From Pocillopora damicornis (Eukaryota): 64,000 bases of DNA. Made by a program: the position numbers and the translations under genes. This document shows, piece by piece, positions 26,656 to 37,490 of the stretch. Positions within the stretch are counted from its first letter, which is position 1; the number at the start of each line of letters is the position of its first letter. The stretch is from NCBI RefSeq assembly GCF_003704095.1, contig NW_020845073.1:496001-560000 (forward strand), read 5' to 3'. The notes under the pieces were generated by a model. It saw only the letters and a program-made list of their open reading frames with translations, searched no databases and was not told where the DNA came from.

Positions 26656-28331
26656 ATGCAGAGTGGAGATAAGGCCCTCGAAATGGAACAGGTACGTCAC
26701 ATTGTGCATTCAAACGGGAATGTCACGGGAAGTTGGAGGCAACTACGATGTTTTTATGAAATTCATTGTTAACTTCCTATCGAACTCAAGGTGCAAAAGT
26801 TATCAATTTAACTATCAAGGCTGATTTGTAATTCTCTCCCCTCCCTCCTCTCTCTCTCCACCCTCGCCTGCAAACTTATTTTCCTATCACTTAGTATAGA
26901 GCATTTTGTGTTACATCCTGATAAATGATAAATGTGTCCATTCCCATCATCTACTTGTCTCAGAGTTGCGAGAGAATTTGTGCGGAGAAATTATCTTATG
27001 AGTAATTTCTGATATTAAAAGGTCTGAATAATTGCAGGTTCATGAAGTATATTTTTAACGATTCTTTTTCTGCCCACACCTCGACTGCTCAGCTATGGAA
27101 GGCCTCGCACTTTACTTCTCTGTGTTAATACCAAGCATCAATTTGCGTTCATCAGTTCGCTTTTTCAAATCAAATTTATAGAAGCGATGATTATTCTGTC
27201 AGTTACATATCTGATCAACCTTTCTCGTTTTGATTTGAGTTTTTTTTTTATTCACCGCTATTGAAAATGTTTTGATCTAGGTACCTGCTGCTGTTCAGAT
27301 GGAGCGTGTAAGTGTTATTAAACATCAGTAATTTGATCAAAAATTTCCGTGATATTCTTACAACAATGAACTTTAGACCATCACAAATATACTTCATATC
27401 ATATGACTACGCGGTGTGGCCTAGAGGGTCCAATCGTTGTATAAAAATGTCAATAAGTACAATCTCATCCGTTTAACGCTGGGTATAACTCGGTTACGAG
27501 GTTAACGGGCCAATCTAAAATCAAGAGAAATTTTTACGAATTTTAATTTAATATGCAATCTTGCAGAATCGCGAAGAAGTTTTATTTTGTTAAACGTTTT
27601 AACTTAAACGTAAAATTGCACATTTTTCCCAGCATGCACCTCTCCGAGAGGAACCGCCGAAAGACTACTTCAAACTGGCTGTGGTGTCCGTATTCTTTTG
27701 TCCATTGATTGGTGCCCTGGCGGTTTACATGTCACATTTGGTAGGTTGAGTGATATTTTTCTCTTGGATAGAGATTCAGGCTGTCCCTTGAATTAATTCC
27801 TTGTATCTTAATTGCCCTGTTTTGGAGCTACTTTACAGGAAGAGACATATCGATCTAACGGAAGCAGATATCTACTGCAATGTGTCCTTGGGAACTGAGA
27901 ATGACAATTTGTAAAATGTCAAGAAAACTTGGTGAAATCGTGGAGTAAAATGCTTTGGATTGGCATTCCCCCACAAGAGATGTGAAGGTTTTCTCACGCT
28001 ACAGAAACCGACGGTAGCGTCGATGAGTCACCCATTTACGTTCATATTTCATACGTAGAATTTTAAAGTCTTTAGATCAAACTTTTTATTAATTATGAGC
28101 ATATCAATCTGCAAATAATTTGTCTCAGTTATCTACTGGAATTAATTGTTGATCCAAACAAAAATTAATTTTTTATTTCAGACTAATTCGCGATACGAAG
28201 AAGACGACATAAAAAGAGCAAATGATGCTTCTAAAGATGCGCGGTTCTCAGCATTTTTTGCCATTTTCCTCGGAGTTGGCATCATCTTCTTTTTCATTTT
28301 CATTGCAGCTATCGTGCCAGAATTCGCTTAG
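26656..28331 (+). CDS. Compact CD225/dispanin (IFITM-sized) membrane protein, gene 4 (~106 aa)
   Basis: join 26656-26691 (MQSGDKALEMEQ), 27281-27307 (VPAAVQMER), 27633-27740 (HAPLREEPPKDYFKLAVVSVFFCPLIGALAVYMSHL), 28182-28331 (TNSRYEEDDIKRANDASKDARFSAFFAIFLGVGIIFFFIFIAAIVPEFA*). All GT-AG and phase 0. CD225 hallmarks PPKDY, C-P-xG-xxA and D...A...S..A are present. Confidence 0.85.
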
Positions 28332-31300
28332 AAATTTTGGTGAATTTCATTTGGATGCTTTTCGAGGTCTTTTCGAATTGTAAAGTTGAGAAAAATATGT
28401 AGTTCTAATTCGAACTTGCACTCATTTGGGAAAGCATAGAAAGTACGTATGTTTCTGTTCATAAACCTTATAATGTATTCGTTTTACTAAAGTGATATCC
28501 GATTAATCAGAGACAAATGGACTTCAGTACAAAATGCATGATGAAGTATGATTATATTAGATTTCTTCCCATTAGTTATCAGCCTCGAAAGACCATATAT
28601 ATTTTTACTTATTAATTAACATGTGTTATCGTATCCGAGGACGTTTAGGCAATCTAGTTTTTTTAGCCATCAACTTCTCCTCAAGCCCAAGTTTAATTAT
28701 CGTGGAGAAGCACGAAAACTTTGCACCAATTGTAATTGACGGGTTGGCTATTTTTTTGTGCTTTGCGGAAACAGTTTTTCTGCCGCTCTATAAAACTGTA
28801 ATTTTTCCTGGAAAACATGTCTAACAGAGAAGAAAATGCAATATCTTCAGTTTCAATTACTGGTTGAGTTATACCGAAGGATCTCTCCCATCTTCAAGAG
28901 CCCGGAAATCGTGTTCATGGATATTTCCAGTAAGACCAATTACGAAGATCATGTTGTGACACACGATTCGCCTTCTCAGTTCTTCACATGCAATTAAAAT
29001 TTCTGTATACTATTTATGAAGTATACGCAAGCTCATTCCAATTTACATTTATCGTGTAAATGTCGCTTCTTTCCATCCTCTGGAATTTAAAGTTGTCCAC
29101 ATTACGGGTTGGGATTCTGAAGGGCTAAATTCTAAAAGTCGAAGGACTGTTCCCCTCATGTTACACCGATTATTTTTTTTATTAAAATATAGCACTGTAT
29201 TGTTATTGTAATAAATCAGAATCAGGCTTTGCCTCCTAAAGCCAGAGTGATATTAGCGAGATTTGAGAATGTTACCGGCATAAAAGGAATGAATTGGGCA
29301 ACCCCGAGCCGACATTGCTGTGACCCGAAAGCCCTTCTCTCCATAATCCTACACCCAACCCTCCCGCTACAATGAGGGATATCTATCTCACTTCAATAAC
29401 TCTTTTTCAGAAAAGTTATTGTAATCTGAACGAACTCGGAACCATATGACTGGGTGAAAACCAATTCCCGAGTTTAAATAACTGACTCCAAAGATATTTT
29501 TCAATTCCCGGTTAGGAGAAACGATTGTACCGCATACGGAGAAACGTTTGCCTGCTTTCGAGCGTTTTTGAATGCAGACGTCAAAGTCAATATTTTAATT
29601 CAGTGTCACAGTACATCGTGCTCTGTTGTCCACCAGTTTGTCTATTGTTGAGCTCTCAGCTACTATTACTGCTTTTTGGTCTGTATATGATTATTTTGCT
29701 ACCCGGCCAGTGTAAAAGTTTTAGCGGGTGAAATTAACTTATGGAACTCGATAAGTGATTGCACTGACGTAGTCGTTGATAAATTCATCACAAAAAAAGT
29801 GTCTGTCAAACCTTAAAACGCGTTATAATGCTAAGTGATTTTACTGGTTTGATGTTGGTAGCGCAGCAATACAAACCTTAATCTCGCTATCCTTTAGTTT
29901 TTGACGGCAGAGAGAGAGAAACCAGGCAACTTACTTTTTAAAAAGTTCCTGTTTATTTCAATTTTCAAGCTTCGAGTGTTCAGTTCTCGACATCGCATGC
30001 CCATGACTGTCAAAGTTTTGCATGAACAGCTTGTGTTTTCGTGGTAGTTTTATCAACATTTTCAAAAAGGGAAGATTGGCGTTATTACAGACAGCAATCA
30101 AACAGTCATAAATATTTAAAACATCACAACTCAAGGGAACATTTCGTGCCCATTAAGCGAGATAAAATGAAGGTAAAAAAACGTTGACATGCATCTCACT
30201 CAACAGAAAATAACTCTAGACAATTTTATTCATTTTTATTCCGTTTGGTATCTTAAAAAAAGATTACAGAGTGATACATTTTACGGCGTTTTGTTGGTTA
30301 CGTGGTAACGTTTTTAAAGCTGATTACAGGCTCGTTCATAATTGACGAGTTTTAGTCAGTGAACTGTGATGCAAATTTTGCTTTATATTCTGCTTTGACT
30401 AAGCTGGTACTGTATCACCTGAGTAAGAACGATTCTGAACAAGAACCTCAGTAAAAGAACCTAATTCTCACAAAGGTAAGAATATCTCTGGCGATGATAA
30501 ATGAGGATGATGGCTACTTGCGCAACTCCATATCATCTACGTTTTCGTTTAATGTCATGCGAGTGATCACACAGTTCTCAGTGACCTCCGGGTTTCAGAC
30601 CTTTTATTGAGTTTTTCGTCTTTACTATAGACACAAATACCCAAGTTAATAAATGCAGTTGAATTGTTCAAAATCCATAGGATTCCAGGAATCAATTTTC
30701 TTAATCTCTTTTCATCCCACGCAAGACAAAGAACGTTACTGATAATGAAAAATAGCCCCTTAGCTCTCCCGGAAAACTCAGAATCTTCTCAGTGAAATAC
30801 GTGAAAACACTCTCTCTCTCTTTTACGCGACGGCGTTTGCCGTTTGCTTTCTTTTTTGGCATTCTTTGCATGGCGACAAAAACTCCGTTATATGGGAAAA
30901 GACAACTAAAAAAAGAACGAGTTAAAAAAAAGTTTTAGTTTACAAGTTGTTTATTTTTCCTTTCTACCGTTTTCAGGTAAGAGTGTCATTTTTCTGAGCA
31001 CTATGTAAATTTATCCAGTCGGACGTAAAAATAAGAGACCATGATCGTGATTTCGGTTACTTTATGAGTTTGTTTTCAATAATCATTTTATAAAGTTATT
31101 AATTGAAATGTGTTTGGTTGTAATTGTAAGTCCGTTTAAAAAAACCTTTTTCTAAAAAAATTATTTTTCATCGAGTTCATCTTTGCCAAAAATTAAAAAA
31201 AATTGACTGGCTCTTCTATAAAAGGAGAGTTATTGGAACACAGCTGTTTCGGGTAATTTCCAGGCCAAGTTTTTAACGCTTTTGCTTGTTACTTCTTGAT

Positions 31301-31416
31301 TTGTTTTGAACTGTCGTAACTGTAAATGAATGCCCAGTTCCACCGCTAGATGCTCTGTTCTATTAATGTATGTACCAAGGTAACCAACATGTTATTCATG
31401 TTTATTTTAATTAAAG

Positions 31417-34400
31417 ATGACGGTAGAAATTCATATCATTGCTGTGTTCATGACATCCTTGGTCATCATATTTACAACGGGTGGTAAGAATTTCATGACT
31501 TTTTGAGTAAAATTCTCTTCACATGTTTTAATGGCATTTTCTTGAAAGCATTTATAATTTAGTGATTAGATTACATTTTAATACTCCTGCACTTAGTGTC
31601 CAATTGAACAAATATGTTCAGGGGCACTGACCAGATTGATTGGCTTAAAAACGACTTAAAGACGATTAAGGTTGTTTTTTCCTGTTACCTAGACATGAGA
31701 GACAAAAAGATATTGCTTCAGTGGAGACTCTTTTTAAGGACACCCCTCCTAATGTACTGTTAGGTGAACAAAATCTTGTTCGCTAATGGCGTCTGATATT
31801 TAAGAGGTCATTTGACGATTTGCAGGTATTGTTATCTGCACTTGCTATTATCCTGATTGGTGGCCTAAATATTTGTCGTCACCCCTCTCTTAATACCTTA
31901 ATTTATAGCGAAATATATTTTTCGTCTTGTCACGAGCGTGGGACAAAGAAAAAATTCTGAGTCCCCATGAGGAATCGCACCTCAAACCTTCAGATTCCGC
32001 GCTTCGATCTTTATCTATGTATCTAAAAAGGCCAATCCTACTGTTGAAGTTCAGCTTTAATTTTTTGATTGTAGATTAAAAAATAAACATTCAAAGCTCG
32101 CTAGTTTCAATAATAAAATCATATACTCGCTTTATTTTCTAGCAGAGGCCTCCTTATGGGACGAGCAGAGGCTAATTCACGACCTGTTTCAAAACTACAG
32201 CAAGTTCTCTCGTCCAGTGGTGAACAGAAATGATCAGGTTGTGGTCACATTCAGGGCGAAACTCAAGCAAATAATCGACTTGGTGAGTGTGAATAAGTTG
32301 CAAAGAAATTAAGTGAACTGGGGGCGATTACCATATCTGACTATAGAGGATGACCGCTGTAAAAGGCCGTTCATTGGTTATCACGGGAGGTCTTTTGTTG
32401 TTTCACGATAAAATTTACCTGGTCCCCCAGAAGGCTCTGTAATATTCTTACGAACCCCCCCCCCCCCCCCCCCCCCTTATACCATGTTGGCGACAACTGA
32501 ACTTCCCTCCTCCGTCCCCCACGTCTTCCGCCAAACAATCCTCTGTCCCCATTCTCCTCCTCCCCCGCGCCTCTCAGGAAATTAAAAATGACTGCTCCTC
32601 AAGTAAGTCAATAATTCATAATTCTTGACTGACTGAATGACCGAGGTATTCCAAACTTTGGATTACTTCTGTCATGATCAGTTAGACTTTTAGTTTCAAC
32701 TCAGTTTTGTCTCTTGATTGAACATTTTGCTTTTAAGTTTGAACGTAAATGTCACCACTATTTAGCGAACACCTCTCTTTAAAATAACAAATATCGGCGA
32801 AGAATTTGTTTTCGTATTTTTACATGCTCTTCAACCTTATCCAGAAGGACAACGAACAACTTCTACAAGTCATTCTCTACACATATCAGGTACAAATTTT
32901 TCTAATGTCATGTTCTGAGATGTGTGTGATTTATTCATATACTTAGTCTAATACTTTGATTTCCTGGCATCGTGAGCTACCCCTTTTCCACTGCATCTCA
33001 AAGAAAATGACGCTGCATGTTAGATACATCTACCTTTCAAGTTCAAAACGAACGAAGAAAAGAAGCAAAAATAAAAGAGACTGAGAAAAGAGTGTCGAAT
33101 CGTCTCAAGCATGTCTTTTCCAACTTTCCTTACGTATAACCTTCCTTTTCCTTCAACTCACCAAAACTCTCCTTTAATTTACCTCTGGGTCGAGAAAATT
33201 AAGTAAATTTTTTGGTCGTAGCACTGTCAAGGGATATGTAGCAAAGTGTGGGCAAAGCCCACGAATGAGTCGAGAGTCTCTTTTGGGACGCAAGGTTTCT
33301 AATTGTCTTGCCTTTCGCATGTAATCTACAAGCAACCTCAACCCATACTGATCTGTTTGAAAAATCGGTTTAGTACTTTTGGTGTAATCAAATCCGTTGA
33401 AATGTCCTTCAGGAATGGACTAACCCATTACTCACATGGAACGCCTCTCTTTACGGTGGAACGGAAGAAATCAACGTCGACGCCTCGATGGTTTGGGTGC
33501 CGGATATTGTGCTATACAATAGGTATTGTGCATTCCAATTAATAAGCATAATACCACGTGACGTTGAAGTTAATTATAATTGGCTGTTAGATTATTCCCA
33601 ACATTCGTATCAATTTTAGGGATCTCTAATATACGCTGTGGTGGCAGAAAGGTCTTTTATTCTTAGCATATCATCAAATTTACTATTGCGTTTGAGAAAA
33701 TCTTCCCCGCAATTACAACGCTATACTGATATTATAATTGCATGTGGTGCTAAGACCCGTGCATTTTATTTGCAAGAGCTTAGGACCAAGAAAAATAGAT
33801 CAGTTAACTATTGACTAGGAAAGTCGTGGTTGGATTCCCTGTTATGATTACCATTATAATCACGAAGATTTTGGTGATGACTGTTATCATTGGCACAAGA
33901 GTAATTGCACTTTTAATTACGGCTAAAGAAAAAGGTTGAGACTTGTAAATGCTATCTTCATTTTTTCTTCCTCAAAACTCAGCGCAGAGTTTACGTTCTC
34001 TGGTGGAACTCACAAGTACAAAACGGATGTTGTCATATATTGGAACGGAAGCACAATTTGGCTTGCACCCGCGATGTTTATCACGGTCTGTCACCTCGAC
34101 GTGCGGTAAATTTTTATCACACGCTTATTTGATTTGTAACATTTCGACTGAGTGATAATCTAGCGTTAAAAATTCTACCCTTCGCCGGAGCCATCTTCCC
34201 CCAGCTGTATTTCCACGCCACCGTTCTTACTCCTTCTAGGCATAGGTATGGATGGGTTCAGGAAAATACTAAGTGGGTTCTACTTTCAGGGCATGTAGCA
34301 GTACTCACCTCATGTTTTGCAAAAATATATGAGCTCTTCAATCCTGCAAAAAGTCACCACTTAGTTAAGCATGGAAGTCCCTTCTCAAGTATCATTTCTG

Positions 34401-35409
34401 TTTATATTCAAGATATTTTCCTTTCGATGATCAGAAGTGCCCGATGAAATTTGGAAGCTGGACCCACGACGAAACACGTTTAGACATGCGCATTCTTACC
34501 AATGCCTCCAGTGACGACATCTACACGGAACATGGCGAGTGGCAGCTCTTAGGACTGGAGCAGAAAAGGTAGTGGTCCATCTTGTGCTTTGAGATGTCTC
34601 ATTTAAAGAGTCTTTAGACTATGATTTTTTTCCACAATATTTTTTGACGGCTCCCTTTATATTCATTCCAAAAGTTAGCATATCTAGTTTATTACGTTCG
34701 AGCAATTTTCCATTAGATCCCAACGAAAGCAAAGTGTGAAGCTTCTTACGAGGCCGGGAGAAACGTTCCAACACCCCAAGAACTTCGCGCTCTAAATAGA
34801 AACCTCAAAAGCAAGTTTAATTTCATTTTCAGGACCTCAAAGTTTTACGACTGCTGCCCAAAACCGTACGTGGACATAACATATACTATCCACGTCCGCA
34901 GAAAGCCCTTGTTCTACACTCTATACTTGATTGTTCCCGCCATAATAATCACAGCCATGGTGCTGGTGGGCTTCTACCTGCCTCCAGAGTCTGGAGAGAG
35001 GATGCAGCTTGGAATTACTGTCTTGTTGGCTATGATAGTGTTCCTTCAGCTCGTATACCAAAATCTTCCATCGACTTCAAATAGCGCTCCCCTTTTAGGA
35101 AAGTTCTATATCGTCACAATGTTTCTGATCGCTCTTTCGCTGGCTGCCACTTGTCTTGTGTTAAACTACTCCTACGGCCGCCATTGCGATGGTGAAATGC
35201 CCATGTGGGTTCGAATGATCATTCTGCACTGTCTTGGCCGAGTTTTTGGATCATCCAACAATTCTGGAAAAAGAAGGCGAACGTCAATGAGTGGAAGAAC
35301 GAACGAATGGAAGATTGCTGCCAGTATTCTGGATAAGTTCTTTATGGCTTTCTTTGCATTCATAATTACTGTGGTGGCATTGTATTTCTTTTACCAAGCC
35401 CCACACTAG
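31417..35409 (+). CDS. Nicotinic acetylcholine receptor alpha-like subunit (cation-type Cys-loop ligand-gated ion channel), ~405 aa
   Basis: join 31417-31483 (signal peptide), 32143-32282, 32845-32889, 33413-33522 (WVPDIVLYN), 33983-34105, 34413-34568, 34833-35409; 1218 nt in frame. Cys-loop [15 protein letters not shown], loop B GSWTH, loop [10 protein letters not shown] (vicinal Cys, alpha type), M1-M4 with GER before M2. The 45-nt and 110-nt exons match nAChR gene structure. Confidence 0.95.
31906..32010 (-). mobile_element. SINE-like interspersed repeat fragment (related copies at ~44570-44670, ~56385-56490, ~57238-57340)
   Basis: TTTTCGTCTTGTCACGAGCGTGGGACAAAGAAAAAATTCTGAGTCCCCATGAGGAATCG.ACCTCA.ACCTTC.GATTCCGCGCT; the reverse complement carries a B-box-like GGTxCGATTCC, and diverged copies recur within the window. 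Confidence 0.55.
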
Positions 35410-37490
35410 TACGAAATCAGTGTAACACAGGCCATGTAGTCATTCAAAACCTACTGCAAAATACAAAGACTTTTACGTTCCGTTTTTGTTTTATTTTGTT
35501 TTTTTGTTTTGAGAAGTGTTTTTTTTCCTGTTTTTTCTTTTCTTGAGAAACTTGCGTTCTCCAGTGCTAAAATCAAGGAAGATTTCCCTTTGTCTAGCTG
35601 GCATGCAGCATTTAGGAGCGAGAGGAGGCCTGCAAAATGAACAACACGCCTACCCAGACAGTGATAAAGTAGGGAAACAAAGAGAAAAATAAAATTATGC
35701 AAAACTCAAGATGATGCAGGATGAATAAATTTCTCAAATGGACTCTTCCTGGTCGACAAACTCAGGTCATCTCCTGACCCTATGGGAGAAATTCTTTAGA
35801 CTGCGNNNNNNNNNNCCCCCCCCCCAGCTGCAAAGTAGCATCCTTGCGATGTCGGACAGACCTTAAGAGAGAGAATTTTTTTTGCCAATCACAACAATAT
35901 ATATATCTAGAGTGCCATTTTTATCTCCCATTGCGCCTCTTTTAAAAGCAGCCAAAACGAGGAAAGTGATTAGTAATGCTAATTGAACTGAGTGGAAAGC
36001 AATTTGATTTGAAATCCGGCATACGCGTGAATTTAAAATCGAACGAGAGCGCAGCAAGTTCGCTTTGAAATCACAAGTTTTGCAGCTGAGATAATGCAAT
36101 AATTTTCCCAAGCCTTGCAACACATGTGTTGACTGTCATTTAATTATGAATCAATCCAATTTTCAATAGCTGAATTTTTGGTTGTTGTGCAACTGAGCTA
36201 GCGCAAAAATTTCCCATGCCTTACAATACTCGTGTTGACCTTCATTTGATGAAAGTTTAATCATCTTTCAATACATAGCATATGTTTTTGCCGAGCAACT
36301 GAATAATCAACAAGAATTTCCCAAGCTTTTCAATACATTCTTTAAACTTCGGTGGATTAAATTTTGATCCTATTTTAACATTTTTGTACGAGTCGCGCAA
36401 AATCCTCGCTAGGCGGTATGAACGGAATGATATCATGTCGCAGGAAATAATGACAGTAATATGTTTATTTTGGCTGAACGGAGTAAACTATTGGTAGAAT
36501 GGATGGCTTTGATCCCTTCAGAAAACACTTATGAAGAATAAGTAAGAGAAAACTACATTGAGCCTCGTTTTAATTCTTATCAGAATCACGCTTGTCACGA
36601 ATAAAGCGATATGTGCGCGAACTTTGTGTGAAATATACTAGAAAAAAACCTACTGTGGTAATTGTAAGCTATTTGTATCTAGATGTCCAAGTTATTTTTA
36701 AATGAGAAGATAGGTTTTGCATGTGGGTAGTGCGCGTTTGTTTTCTAGCAACTGAGTAAACAAAAAAATTTCTCAAGCTTTTTAAACCTCTGTTTAGTTT
36801 TGTTTCATTCTTAGTTATCTTAATTATTGGTCCCCTGGTATAAATATAAATTAGGCCGTGAAGGAAAACTACGACTGATGCAGTATTTACCGTCACCGTC
36901 AAAAAGAAGCCCGTGAAGAAAACTCTGTGCACTTCTGTGAGGTAATAGCTCCATTCAAACGTAGAGTTTTCCAAAAGCCATCTTAATAGCTTATTAATTT
37001 TTCGCATGGTACTAGTCAACTAATGTATGTCTAAAGAAGGTTGAATGTATCCGCACCCATATAAACCTTATAATCTCCTTGCTGATATTGTAACTTTTCT
37101 CAAGCGTTTACTTCTACTGGGCTCGTCCATACACCTCGTGTGTAGAAAAGCACGAGCCCATGTAAACGCAGAAAAAGTTCTCTCTGACTAAAATGAAATA
37201 TTCCTCAAAAACAGCCCAGATTGAAGGAGTTAAACCTTGTTTGCAACCAAGTATATCTATTGACCAATGAGAGCGCGTCTGGCTTCTCGCTTATTTGAGA
37301 AATGGTCATGTATTGTGTTCAACTGGTCTCTGGAAAAAATGAATCCCCCTCGAAAAGGTACAGGAGCTACGAAAGCCAAAGATCTACAAGACTTTCCTCC
37401 CTCTGCGGGTGGTTGACTATTTTTAACCAACTTAATTGCCTCTAATTGTTGTTTTTTTTAACTGATCCAAGGGAACTCACCGAACAAAAG

